Notes under the pieces: model-generated | What the model saw: only the letters and a program-made list of their open reading frames with translations | What the model was told of the DNA's origin: nothing | Database searches by the model: none | Made by a program: the position numbers and the translations under genes | Shown here: positions 9,556 to 19,858 of the stretch, piece by piece | How positions within the stretch are numbered: position 1 is the first letter of the stretch | How the letters are laid out: the number at the start of each line of letters is the position of its first letter | Assembly (NCBI GenBank): GCA_050949565.1 | Contig: JBMNFY010000010.1 | Location: 32,001 to 96,000, forward strand | DNA from: Kiritimatiellia bacterium | GTDB lineage: Bacteria > Verrucomicrobiota > Kiritimatiellia > RFP12 > UBA1067 | Reading direction: 5' to 3' | DNA: 64,000 bases

Positions 9556-10476
9556 TCAAGTATCGTACAGATGAACCGCGAGGTCATGCTCGAAGGCCAG
9601 CAGGGTCTGGCAGCGGTCGCAACGCGCGGAGTCAATCTGACGGGATTCTTGCGGCAAAGTTGCGCGTTCGCCGCAGGTGAAACAGCGGACCGCAGCACCA
9701 GCAGTGGCGACGGCGAGATGTCCGGTGGCGGCATTGCGCGCGAACCAGTTGTCCGAAGGCCGTCCATTGAGCGTGTCGTATGCGTTCTTGATCTGCGTGA
9801 ACTTTTCGGCAGTCAGCGCTTGAATGGCGGGATCAAGTCCGCTGTGCTTGTCTGGATGGTAGGTCAGGCTGAGTGTGCGGTATGCGCTCTTGATCTGCGC
9901 CTCATCGGCGTTGTAGGGAATGCCCAGGACGTTGCAGGCGTCACGCCGTTCCTGCGCGGAGGCTGAATGACGCACGTAGAGTAGCGCGGCCGTCCGAAGG
10001 TCGTCATCGTGAATTCCCGCCGAACGCGCGTAACCGGCGATGCAGTCGGCTTTGGCCGGTGTCGCGTCGCCATCGCTGACGGCCACGCGCCACAACCAGA
10101 CGGCCGAGGCGTGTGCGAGGCCGGGGGCGTCGCGCACCATCGCGGCGAGCCGGACCAGCGGGCGGTCAATCCGCGCGCAGTCGTCAATCAGATACGCGAG
10201 GTCTTGCGGTGCAAGCACGCCGCCGACCGCTTGGTTGAGTTCGGCGAGGATCGTGCGGATGGCGCGGTCTTCGCGCGTGGTGTAGCGTCCGTCGGTCTGC
10301 GCCAATTCATACAACGCGGCGGCGGTGACGGCGATCAGACGTTGCGCCTGCTTCTTCGGCGAGGACGCCTTGCGGTCAACGAGAAAGTGGCCTGCGGTGG
10401 CACCGGCTACTGCGCCCCAAGGGCCGAAGAACGAGCCGATACTGCCGCCAATCATTTTACCTTGCCAGGAAGACAT
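9556..10476 (-). CDS. DjlA-like membrane-anchored co-chaperone (TerB-like + J-domain + C-terminal CxxC pairs)
   Basis: Gly-rich N-terminal anchor, TDG..T..E TerB-like motif, YHPDK J-domain, CFTC and CDRC. Confidence 0.85.
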   Translation of the reverse strand: MSSWQGKMIGGSIGSFFGPWGAVAGATAGHFLVDRKASSPKKQAQRLIAVTAAALYELAQTDGRYTTREDRAIRTILAELNQAVGGVLAPQDLAYLIDDCARIDRPLVRLAAMVRDAPGLAHASAVWLWRVAVSDGDATPAKADCIAGYARSAGIHDDDLRTAALLYVRHSASAQERRDACNVLGIPYNADEAQIKSAYRTLSLTYHPDKHSGLDPAIQALTAEKFTQIKNAYDTLNGRPSDNWFARNAATGHLAVATAGAAVRCFTCGERATLPQESRQIDSARCDRCQTLLAFEHDLAVHLYDT

Positions 10477-10529
10477 GTCTGTATTTGAAAAAGTGAAATG
10501 TGATCAGTGAAAACAGGTGGGGTTGGGCA

Positions 10530-12419
10530 TCATGGAAGCGGAACGAGGTGGACGGCATGGCCACCGTTCATGGCCATGTCGGCGGTTAGGGTGTCGGCGG
10601 CGGTCACGCGGCGCGTGGCGCAGGTGACGCGCGTACGGTCGGAACCGCCCGGCGCACCGTCGCTGTAAAGAGCGGCGGTGTAGGTTTTGCCGGGCGTGAG
10701 GAACGAGAGGGGAATCTCCAGCGTGCGGCGCTCAAGGGCGTTGATGGTGCCGATGAACCAGTCGTTGCCGCTGCGTCGCGCGATCGATGCGTACGCGCCG
10801 ATCCGGCCGTGCAACACGCGCGTGTCATCCCAGACCGTCGGCATCTGTCGCCAGAAGTCCAGTTCCGGCTCGCCTTTATACATGCCGGGGTTGTCGTACC
10901 AGAAGAGAAACTGCCAAGGGCTGTAGGTGACGACGCCCAACGCGAGCTGGTGCGCCCGTGTGTTTTTGACGCGTCCGTTGTACCAGCAGGGCGTGTAGTC
11001 GCCGGGACCGCACAGATAACGGGTGAAGGGCAGTGCGCAATTGTGCGGCGCTTCCGGCATCTCTTCGTTGCCGCGGATGCCTTCGACCGTCATGACGTTG
11101 GGCCAGGTGCGCTGGTTGCCGGTGAGGCGGTATTCGTCATGGATGTCGATCATCATGCGCGCTTCGCCGGCTTTGCGGATGGCGTCTGAGAGCCAGACCG
11201 TCCACTTCTGGCTGCCGACGTTGACGAAACCGTACTTCATGCCGACGATACCCCACGAGGTGTAGAGCGGCAGCAATTCGTCGAGGCGGCGTTCCAGTTC
11301 GCGTCGGTTGACATAGAGGATGACGCCAATACCGTTCTCTTTGGCGTAGCGAATGACCTTGGGCAGGTCCAGCGGCCCTTTGGAGCGCTTGGGGTCAAGC
11401 GTGACGGTACGGGCGTCGGAAGCGTCATCGTACTCGTGGCCATACCAACCGGCATCGAATTCGATGTATTGCAGGTTCATGGTCTTGGCGAAGTCCACAC
11501 ACGCCAAGCCGCCCCTCGTGGTCAGAGAGGTTTCGCGGATGACCTTGCCGGGCTTGATCCACGAGGTGTCGGCGATCCGCGAGGGTTCGTTGAGGTTGAG
11601 GATGAAATCGTTGTTTTCCAGCAGGCGGCAGGCGTTGTCCGCCACCATGACGTAACGCCATGGGGATACGCCGGATTTTTTGAGCGAGACCGGGCCGTCG
11701 AGATCAGCCTTGAGCGTGTATGCCTTGCCGGGGGCCGGTGCGAATTTAATGCGGGCAAAATCGATGAGCGCCGCTTCGCCGATGGCGGCAACCGGGCCTT
11801 CGGTGGTCTCGACGGTGAGCGGACGCTCCGCACCCTTCTTCACGGTGGAAAGTGTTTCCGGCTTGTATTCGCCCTGAGCGAAGTAGACGGGCCAGGCACG
11901 ATGGTCACCGGTGAAGGTGAATTCGGTGAGTTCGTTTGTGATGGACGCTCGTAACCGAAGCGGTGCCGGCACAGCGTATCGGAAGGCGATTCCCGCGTTA
12001 TAGGCGCGGAACACGAACATGACAGCCGCGTCCGGGACGGCATGATGTTCCACGCCGAAACCCAACTCCCTGAAGTGGTCTGAGACAATGGCGCGTTCGC
12101 CGTACGGCGGTTTCCAGACAAGGTTGGTCTCATCTCGCAGCACATGCTCCGGGCGTATCGCAGCAAAACCTCGGCTCAGGTCGGTGCCGTCCGACAGCGC
12201 CACACCCAGGCGCGACGGCAGGATGACGGGCTTGCCTTTATAGTCGACACGGTAGGAGAGGCCGCCGTCCTCCCCCTGCATGAGCGTCACGCGCAGGTTG
12301 CCGTCGGGCGACGCGAGCGGAATCGCTTGCGTCGCCGCAGCGGCGGCGGCAAACAAAAGGAGGACGGCGCACGTTGCATGTCGAACGCCGAATATCGTAC
12401 GTCTCAGCGGGTTAAACAT
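10530..12419 (-). CDS. Glycoside hydrolase family 97
   Basis: SPDG N-domain, FRAYN-GIAFRY, SWIKPGK, FDAGWY, EGIRGNE, TRAHQLA; start reassigned to 12419. Confidence 0.92.
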   Translation of the reverse strand: MFNPLRRTIFGVRHATCAVLLLFAAAAAATQAIPLASPDGNLRVTLMQGEDGGLSYRVDYKGKPVILPSRLGVALSDGTDLSRGFAAIRPEHVLRDETNLVWKPPYGERAIVSDHFRELGFGVEHHAVPDAAVMFVFRAYNAGIAFRYAVPAPLRLRASITNELTEFTFTGDHRAWPVYFAQGEYKPETLSTVKKGAERPLTVETTEGPVAAIGEAALIDFARIKFAPAPGKAYTLKADLDGPVSLKKSGVSPWRYVMVADNACRLLENNDFILNLNEPSRIADTSWIKPGKVIRETSLTTRGGLACVDFAKTMNLQYIEFDAGWYGHEYDDASDARTVTLDPKRSKGPLDLPKVIRYAKENGIGVILYVNRRELERRLDELLPLYTSWGIVGMKYGFVNVGSQKWTVWLSDAIRKAGEARMMIDIHDEYRLTGNQRTWPNVMTVEGIRGNEEMPEAPHNCALPFTRYLCGPGDYTPCWYNGRVKNTRAHQLALGVVTYSPWQFLFWYDNPGMYKGEPELDFWRQMPTVWDDTRVLHGRIGAYASIARRSGNDWFIGTINALERRTLEIPLSFLTPGKTYTAALYSDGAPGGSDRTRVTCATRRVTAADTLTADMAMNGGHAVHLVPLP

Positions 12420-12423
12420 CGGG

Positions 12424-13842
12424 TTAAATTCCATAGCCGGGCAGGCGCTTGATGCGCAGCCGGGCGTTGGCGGCCGAACTGTTTTTAAAAGCTCGTTTAG
12501 TGAGGTCGAACTCCAGCCGTTTGCCGGGATCGAAAAGCGTGGCGAGCGCGACAAGTGACGCCTGTGTGATGTTCCCGGCGTAGGCGAAGTCCGAGCCGAC
12601 CGGTGCACCGCCCTTGATGGCGTCGAGCCACTCGTGGTAGGGGGAGCCCCCCTTCACGCGCGGGTAGCGCGGGGGCGGCAGGTCTTTGTTGGCACTTGAG
12701 GTGTCCACCAGTTTGCCGTCCTTGATAAGGCGGAGGTTTTTGGCACCGTGCGAACCGTAGACGATCACGCCGCTGTCACCGTAGATCACGCCGCCTTCAC
12801 CGCTCGGGCCGCTGTTGACGTACTTTTCCATGCGGGGGGCGAACTGGTCAGGCGGCAAGCCGTCGGGGCAGGGGACGGAGCGGTAGCATGGGCCGTCGTA
12901 CCACTTGACCGTGACGGGACCGCGCTTGTTCTTGGCAGGGAAGGAGAGCGTGAAGACGTCGCCTTTCGGGTAGGTGACACCGTGCTTGGCGGGATCCCAA
13001 TCGCCCAGCTCGTCCACGCGCACCGCCTCCGGCAGACCGAGGTCCAGCGCCCAGAAGATCGGGTCCATCAAGTGACAGGCCCAGTCGCCGAGCGTGCTGC
13101 AGCCGTAGTCGGTCCAGAAGCGCCAGCGTCCCGGCAGATAGAGCGGGCAGTAGGCGCGATGCGGCGCGACCGGTCCTTGCCAGAGTTCCCAGTCCAACTC
13201 TTTGGGGATCTCATGCGTCTTTTCCAGTTCGTCAAGCTTGTCCATGCAACTGTAGCTGGCGGGTGCCCAGAAGTGCGCCTCCTTGACGGTGCCGATGAGC
13301 CCGGCCTCGATCCACTCGCGGAAGGTGCGGATGGAGTCGTAAGCGTGCCCTTGGTTCATCGCCTGATTGACGAGCTTGCCGCCGTGCGCGGCAGCGATCA
13401 TCTGGTCGACCTCGCCGAAAGTCTGCGCCAGCGGTTTTTCGCACTGGACATGCTTGTTGCGGCGCAGACACTCGATCGACATCGCCGCATGCCAATGGTC
13501 AGGTGTGCCGATGGTCACGGCGTCGATCTGCTTATCGAGTTCGTCCAGCATCTTGCGGTAGTCTTTGAAAAAGGGCGCCTGCTTGAACTTCTCTTGCATC
13601 TTTCCAGTGCGGCGCGTATCGACATCACAGAGACCGACGATTTCAGCACCACAGCCGGCCAGCCCCGTGATATTGGAGACGGGGCGTCCGGCGCAGCCGA
13701 TCGCGGCAACACGGATCCGCTCGCTGGGCGGCGTCTGGCCGCTGCCCGCGATCACATAGCGCGGTACTACACTGAACACAGAACCGGCAGCCGCCGCGCC
13801 CCGCAGAAAGCTCCTGCGTGAAGATTTCATCTGACTCATCAT
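12424..13842 (-). CDS. Tat-exported Gfo/Idh/MocA-family oxidoreductase
   Basis: SRRSFL twin-arginine signal, TPDHWH, CEKPL, GDWACH. Confidence 0.92.
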   Translation of the reverse strand: MMSQMKSSRRSFLRGAAAAGSVFSVVPRYVIAGSGQTPPSERIRVAAIGCAGRPVSNITGLAGCGAEIVGLCDVDTRRTGKMQEKFKQAPFFKDYRKMLDELDKQIDAVTIGTPDHWHAAMSIECLRRNKHVQCEKPLAQTFGEVDQMIAAAHGGKLVNQAMNQGHAYDSIRTFREWIEAGLIGTVKEAHFWAPASYSCMDKLDELEKTHEIPKELDWELWQGPVAPHRAYCPLYLPGRWRFWTDYGCSTLGDWACHLMDPIFWALDLGLPEAVRVDELGDWDPAKHGVTYPKGDVFTLSFPAKNKRGPVTVKWYDGPCYRSVPCPDGLPPDQFAPRMEKYVNSGPSGEGGVIYGDSGVIVYGSHGAKNLRLIKDGKLVDTSSANKDLPPPRYPRVKGGSPYHEWLDAIKGGAPVGSDFAYAGNITQASLVALATLFDPGKRLEFDLTKRAFKNSSAANARLRIKRLPGYGI

Positions 13843-14085
13843 AACACTTCCCCCTTCGATGTTTCGTGACCTATGTCTAACGACGGGTTCTATTATGAAT
13901 CATGCGCGCAAACAGTCAACCCCGCAATTTTAGCTTCGGTTTTTTGTCGCTCATTACCCGCCCATTACTTATTGCCTCTCTCCGTCCCACTATTCGCTAT
14001 TTCCCATTTTAGAACCCGAACCCAGACTCCTGAACTCTTGATGTGGGGTAAATAAATTGCGTCATCGAAAAATCGAAAAACACTG

Positions 14086-14115
14086 TTGACAATGCCTGCC
14101 GGTGAGGCGTATGCT
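14086..14115 (+). promoter_or_regulatory. Putative sigma70 promoter
   Basis: TTGACA-18 bp-TATGCT with an AT-rich upstream tract. Confidence 0.5.
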
Positions 14116-14278
14116 GACAGCGCGATTTCATAGAGAGTAGTGTGTGTTGAGGATACGGCACGTTGTTGTTCTCGCGATGACAGCGAGATATGACCAGAGG
14201 TGAGTGGCCGCGCGCGTTGCGGTCAGGCGTTTTACAGACAGTCTTGCACATTTTGATTTTGCGCTTACGCGCATTAAC

Positions 14279-14397
14279 GCTTCATCTGAAACCACCAAGT
14301 TTAAGTTAGGAAGCGAGATGCACGGGGACGCGCCCGCTCGGGCGCGGCCTCTGTCTCGTGTTTCCTAACAGGTGCTTGGTGGTACCTCAGATGAGGC
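14279..14397. other. 119-nt imperfect rod-like hairpin (candidate structured RNA or DNA element)
   Basis: Nested complementary blocks gcttcatctga/tcagatgaggc, accaccaag/cttggtggt, gttaggaa/ttcctaac, cgaga/tctcg, cgcgccc/gggcgcg. Confidence 0.7.
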
Positions 14398-14471
14398 ACA
14401 GATTGGGGTTCGCGCCTTTTTGTGGGGGCGCACGGAGCCCGGTGCGGCACGGGCGGCGGGGAGATAGCACG

Positions 14472-17210
14472 ATGGATGGAAATCTTTTTTGCGGCGGAAC
14501 GGATGTCGGCGGAACGGCGTTTATAGGACTGCCGGGCATTTTGGTTGTGGCGGCGTACGCGCTGTGCCTCGCGGTGTACATGTGGGAGCGGGGCGTGTTC
14601 CGCGGGTTCTGGGCAGACCGGCGGGAGACATGGGCGTCTTGGTCGCCCGTGTTGCGCATCCTCATGGTGGGTCTGCTGCTGACCTGTGTGAGGGACGGGC
14701 GCTGCACGAAGCCCGGCGGCGGGACGAACACCCCCGCCGCCATCGTCTGGCAGCCGGCCATGCAGGAAGGACAGGCGGCGGGAGCCCCGGCTGCCGCGCC
14801 GTCAGCCCCGTCGAACCAAACGTCTGGCGGCGCTACCGCCATGCCTGCGGGGGCAGGTGCGCCCGCTCCCGCGCTCCCGACGCTGGCGGACGGCACCAAC
14901 TGCTGGTGGATCGCCGAGGGACGCAGCCCGGCGGATACGGACATGGACGGCATGCCCGACGCTTGGGAGCGCATCTTCGGGCTTGACCCGCTCGATCCTT
15001 CCGATGCCGCCAGCGACCATGACCGCGACGGGCTGACCGCGCTGGAAGAGTTTCTGAACAGGACACACCCGCGGCGGCGGGACACAGACGGCGACGGCAT
15101 GCCCGACGCCTGGGAGGCGGCGCACCGGCCCTTCCTCTGCCCCTGGCTGCCGGACGACGCCCTGGACGCGGATGAAGACGGGCTGGACAACTTCCACGAG
15201 TACGCGCTGGGCTGCGATCCGGGCGACCCAGACTCCAATGATGACGGGCGGCCTGACGGCGAGGAGGCGGACGCGGGCGTGAACCCCCTCCTTGCGCATG
15301 CGGACTGGGCGGCCTACGGCACGGCCCTGTTCTCCGTGCGGGTTGACGGGCTGCGCGCCGCGCGCCGCGCGGGCGTGTCCGTCGGGCATATCACGCACTC
15401 GGGGGTGCAGGAACGCTCTTACGCCATAGCGGCGGGCTATCGCTACCCGCTGACGGTCGTCGATCTCGACCCCAGCAACACCGTCCCCTGCACGGGCACG
15501 GTGCGCATCACCCATGACAACGCCACGTTCATACACGGCTTCACCAATGAGTTCCCGGTGACGTTCCCGCTCTCCACCAACGCCCCGGCCTGTCCGCCCG
15601 GCACGGAGATGACCGTGGCCGGCATCGATCTCGACATCCCCGACATCATCTGCCTCGGCCCGGACAACAGCGCGTCCTTTTCCGTGTCGGCCAGCTTCGT
15701 GCCCGACGGCGAGGAGATCGCGGGGCAACCGCAGTGGTCCGTCAGCAGCGGGACCGCCACGCCGGAGAGCGGCAACATGGAGACATGGGTGAACGCGGTC
15801 TTCCCCGCGCCCGCGCAGCAGGCCCAGGGGGCACCCGCACCGATGGGCGCGGGCGTGGAAACAAACGGTTCGCCGTCGATCACGGCAGAGATCGGCGACA
15901 GAACCGTCACGCGCACGTTCGAGCCGTCCACGCCGGACGCCCCCGACGAACCAGACCCCTGGGACGGCCGGCGCTTCATCGCCAGCCCCTTCAGCGTCAC
16001 GGAACCGGTGTCGCCGACCTACGCGCTCGCGCACAGCAGCAATGCCGTGACGTTCGCGTGGCACGGGCACCGGGAGGACACGGTGCTGGAGTGGAGCATC
16101 AGCGGGGACGGGCCGCGCTTTATCAAGGACGGGCAGGAGGTGTCCAAGGTGACACGAGACCTCTCGGTCTCAGTCCTGCCGCGCGGGACGGTTTCAAACT
16201 TCAAGATCAGGGCGAAGGCCCGGACATTCACGGGCGCGATCATCACGCGGCAGACCGAACTGCGCGTGATCACCATCGTCGCCGAGCCGGTTCTGTCGTT
16301 CACGCCCGGCGCGCCGGTAAATCCCAGCGGTCTTTTCGTCGGCGGCTCCGCAACCTTCCAGATCACATTTTCATCGAACGTCAGGGCAGAGGATGTGCAG
16401 TGGTCCGCCGCCAACGGCAAGGCCGCGCTCGCCTTCGGCCCGCAAAGCACCGCGCCCCAGATCGTGGTCGGCCTCGCGCCGGGCACGGAAACGCTGGCCG
16501 CCAATATCACGCACTACGTCGGCCCGCCGCCGCAATTCAATTTCGAGGTGTACGCCCATGCCGACCCCATCCCCATTCATTTCATGTTCATCTGCGACAC
16601 GAACGGCTTCCACGCCGGATGGGCCTCAGCCATTCCCGGCCTCATCACGAATGTCAACCACATCTACCGCCAGGCGGGAATGAGCTTTACTCAAGCCTCC
16701 GTCGCGTACACGAACAACCAAGAGTGGTATCAGCATTCGGACAGCAATCATATCCAAAGAGCTATCGTTGATTCCCGCACGTTTAAGAAGGGGCTGGAGG
16801 TCTACATTGTCTCAAGGCTCGCGCCGGAGGTCGCCGGAAAAAATTGGACGGATCGAGGCATCTTGATGGTGGGTACCGGCTCTGCCCGCACCCTCGCGCA
16901 TGAGATCGGGCACCAGTGCGGGTTGTCTGACATCTACACCTCCGTGCTCGGCATGCCTCCGCTGACGATGCCGCTTTCACCGGATCATTTGACGCCGACC
17001 GACTGGAACAACGGGCCGGGGCCGCAGGAATACTATCCGCGCGGGTTGCCGCTGTCGACTGTGATTGAGCGGTGCCTGATGTTCGGGTACACGTCGGGCG
17101 GTTATGACCTGCCCATGGGCCGGGTTAAAGGGTACAATGTAAGCGGGATATTTCGTCCCGTCTCGGTCGGGGTACGGGGGATGAACCGCACCCCGGCTCA
17201 CGATCTATAA
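14472..17210 (+). CDS. Large secreted/anchored protein with Ca-binding DxDxDG repeats and a C-terminal metzincin-like zinc peptidase
   Basis: Two hydrophobic N-terminal segments ending TKPGG, DTDMDGMPDAWE repeats, HEIGHQCGLSD at about 16899, CLMFG Met-turn. Confidence 0.85.
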   Translation: MDGNLFCGGTDVGGTAFIGLPGILVVAAYALCLAVYMWERGVFRGFWADRRETWASWSPVLRILMVGLLLTCVRDGRCTKPGGGTNTPAAIVWQPAMQEGQAAGAPAAAPSAPSNQTSGGATAMPAGAGAPAPALPTLADGTNCWWIAEGRSPADTDMDGMPDAWERIFGLDPLDPSDAASDHDRDGLTALEEFLNRTHPRRRDTDGDGMPDAWEAAHRPFLCPWLPDDALDADEDGLDNFHEYALGCDPGDPDSNDDGRPDGEEADAGVNPLLAHADWAAYGTALFSVRVDGLRAARRAGVSVGHITHSGVQERSYAIAAGYRYPLTVVDLDPSNTVPCTGTVRITHDNATFIHGFTNEFPVTFPLSTNAPACPPGTEMTVAGIDLDIPDIICLGPDNSASFSVSASFVPDGEEIAGQPQWSVSSGTATPESGNMETWVNAVFPAPAQQAQGAPAPMGAGVETNGSPSITAEIGDRTVTRTFEPSTPDAPDEPDPWDGRRFIASPFSVTEPVSPTYALAHSSNAVTFAWHGHREDTVLEWSISGDGPRFIKDGQEVSKVTRDLSVSVLPRGTVSNFKIRAKARTFTGAIITRQTELRVITIVAEPVLSFTPGAPVNPSGLFVGGSATFQITFSSNVRAEDVQWSAANGKAALAFGPQSTAPQIVVGLAPGTETLAANITHYVGPPPQFNFEVYAHADPIPIHFMFICDTNGFHAGWASAIPGLITNVNHIYRQAGMSFTQASVAYTNNQEWYQHSDSNHIQRAIVDSRTFKKGLEVYIVSRLAPEVAGKNWTDRGILMVGTGSARTLAHEIGHQCGLSDIYTSVLGMPPLTMPLSPDHLTPTDWNNGPGPQEYYPRGLPLSTVIERCLMFGYTSGGYDLPMGRVKGYNVSGIFRPVSVGVRGMNRTPAHDL

Positions 17211-19858
17211 TCCTGTGTGATGAAAACAAAGGAGGAAGCAATGAGGATCAGGTGTGTCTTTCTGACTGTGACGGTGCTCGGCATGAGGGTGACTTCTTTT
17301 GGGCAATACATAAGCCCGACAGATTCCGGCGTGCGTATCCATAAGGTGACTCCGACGACGAGGCCGTGGTATGAACCGGACGACTCGCTGATGTCACTGA
17401 ACACAGGACTGAGCGCAGGACTCGGCTTTGAGAACGCGGACTGGATGATTCGTAACATGAAGGACGGGCTGATCGGAGAACAGTGTCCGCTTGCGTCGAC
17501 CTCCTCAGGCACGAGGGAATATATCACAGAAATTTCCGACGCGCTTCACCGGAGCGGGGATTCGCCGGAGATCACGAACACCCTGCATCAGTCATTGCTC
17601 ACCCCAAACAACCTCTACCGTGACATCATCCTGCACGCCTACATTATGGCCTCGCCTGTGCCGATGGCTTTTCTTGCGGAGACCGTGGTCAAGGAATTCC
17701 CCGCAGGACAGCGGAAGGCGTGGTACGCCGCAGCTACAGAGAAGGCCCTGTACGGGGACTCTTGGGAGGACTGCCTCATCGACCGCCCGTCGCGGGAGGT
17801 GCTGCGGTATTCGCACTTCCTGAACCGCGTCAAGGCCCTTGAAACAGACCCCGAGTGTCTGCGGGTCATCGGGAAACCCTTCGATCCCGGGCGGGAGGCC
17901 TTCCCGACGCTAGCGCCGGGCGGCGGAAAAAGGGCAGAGGACAGGCGCGTCGCGCCCAACGGAGCCGCGCGGTTCATCGCCCGGATCGCCCCGACAGTGC
18001 GGCCGTGGTACGAGGCGGACGACTCGCTACAGTCCGTCAACGCGAGGCTGGCGCACGGCAAGGACGGAGGGATGGTCGGCTTGATCGGGGCAGAACTCCT
18101 GTCGCGGGATACGCCGCTCGCTCGGACCTCCGGGGGGACGCCGGAGTATGTCGCGGAGCTTCTCGGCACCCTCTGGCGGAGCGGGGATTCGCCGGAGATC
18201 ACCAACATCCTGCACCAGGCCCTGCTCGCGCCGACCAACCATTACCGCGAGGCTACGTTCCGCGCCTACGTGATGGCCTCGCCCGTGCCGATGACGGTTC
18301 TCGCGGAGACCGTGGTCAAGGCGATCCCCCCAAAAGAAAGGGACGAGTGGTATGCCGGATCTGGATCGAAAAAACTGAAAACACAGAGCTGGATAGACCG
18401 CTCCATTGACCACCCGTCGCGGGAGTCGTTGCGGTATTCGCACTTCCTCAACCTGATCAAAGCCATCGAGACCGATCCCGAGTGTCTGCGGGGCCTCGGC
18501 GACATCGTTGATCCAAAGTGGGAGTGAATGCGCTTGCCGAAATCCTGTGTGATGAAAACAAAGGAGGAAGCAATGAGAATCAGGTGTGTCTTTCTGACTG
18601 TGTTGGTGCTCGGCATGAGGGTGACTTCTTTTGGGCAATACATAGGCCCGACACTTTCCGCTTCGCTCATCCCTAGGGTGGCTCCGACGACGAGGCCGTG
18701 GTATGAACCGGACGACTCGCTGATGTCGCTGAACGCAGGACTGAGCGCAGAACTCGGCTTTGAGAACGCGGACTGGATGATTCGTAACATGAAGGACGGG
18801 TTACTCGGAAAAGAGGCGCCGTTTGCGTCAACCCTTTCGGGCACCAGGGAATATATCACAGAAATTTCCGACGCGCTTCACCGGAGCGGGGATTCACCGG
18901 AGATCACGAACACCCTGCATCAGTCATTGCTCACCCCAAACAACCTCTACCGTGACATCATCCTGCACGCCTACATTATGGCCTCGCCTGTGCCGATGGC
19001 TTTTCTTGCGGAGACCGTGGTCAAGGAATTCCCCGCAGGACAGCGGAAGGCGTGGTACGCCGCAGCTACAGAGAAGGCCCTGTACGGGGACTCTTGGGAG
19101 GACTGCCTCATCGACCGCCCGTCGCGGGAGGTGCTGCGGTACTCGCACTTCCTGAACCGCGTCAAGGCCCTTGAAACAGACCCCGAGTGTCTGCGGGTCA
19201 TCGGGAGTCCCTTCGACCCCGGGCGGGAGGTTTTCCCGACGCTAGCGCCGGGCGGCGGAGAGGGGGCCGGAGACGGGCGTGTCGCGCCTAACGCAGCCGC
19301 GCGGTTCATCGCCCGGATCGCCCCGACATCTAGGCCGTGGTACGAGGCGGATGACTCGCTGCAATCCGTCAACGCGAAGCTGGCGCACGGCAAGGACGGG
19401 GGGATGGTCGGCCTGATCGGGGCAGAACTCCTGTCGCAGGGAACGCCGTTCGCGCGGACCTCCGAAGGAACGCCGGAATATGTCGCGGAGCTTCTCGGCA
19501 CCCTCTGGCGGAGCGGGGATTCGCCGGAGATCACCAACATCCTGCATCAGGCCCTGCTCGCGCCGACCAACCATTACCGCGAGGCCACGTTCCGCGCCTA
19601 CGTCATGGCCTCCCCCGTGCCGATGACGGTTCTCGCAGAAACCGTGGTCAAGAGTTTCCCCCTTGAAGAGAGGAAGGCGTGGTATGCCAGATCCGGGTCG
19701 AAAATGTTGAACCCATACGACCCGATAATCCGCTCCATCGACCGCCCGTCCCGCGAGTCGTTGCGGTATTCGCACTTCCTCAACCGCGTCAAGGTTCTCG
19801 ATACCGACCCCGATTGTCTGCGGATCATCGGTGACCCCGTCGATCCGAAGTGGGAGTG
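17209..19858 (+). repeat. 1332-bp tandem duplication
   Basis: aatcctgtgtgatgaaaacaaaggaggaagcaatgag occurs at 17209 and 18541; long near-identical blocks follow. Confidence 0.95.
17241..18527 (+). CDS. Secreted hypothetical protein with two tandem ~190-aa domains (copy 1)
   Basis: GGAGG RBS, signal-peptide-like N-terminus, RPWYE.DDSL...SGDSPEITN...LRYSHFLN repeated twice. Confidence 0.85.
   Translation: MRIRCVFLTVTVLGMRVTSFGQYISPTDSGVRIHKVTPTTRPWYEPDDSLMSLNTGLSAGLGFENADWMIRNMKDGLIGEQCPLASTSSGTREYITEISDALHRSGDSPEITNTLHQSLLTPNNLYRDIILHAYIMASPVPMAFLAETVVKEFPAGQRKAWYAAATEKALYGDSWEDCLIDRPSREVLRYSHFLNRVKALETDPECLRVIGKPFDPGREAFPTLAPGGGKRAEDRRVAPNGAARFIARIAPTVRPWYEADDSLQSVNARLAHGKDGGMVGLIGAELLSRDTPLARTSGGTPEYVAELLGTLWRSGDSPEITNILHQALLAPTNHYREATFRAYVMASPVPMTVLAETVVKAIPPKERDEWYAGSGSKKLKTQSWIDRSIDHPSRESLRYSHFLNLIKAIETDPECLRGLGDIVDPKWE

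Noticed and set aside
14305-14369. GTTAGGA...TCCTAAC as an attC site
   Set aside because: The boxes are in the reverse order to attC (GTT first, AAC last) and lie inside a larger hairpin.
17209-19858. Diversity-generating retroelement (template/variable repeat pair)
   Set aside because: Differences are not restricted to adenines, both copies are whole genes, and there is no reverse transcriptase in the window.
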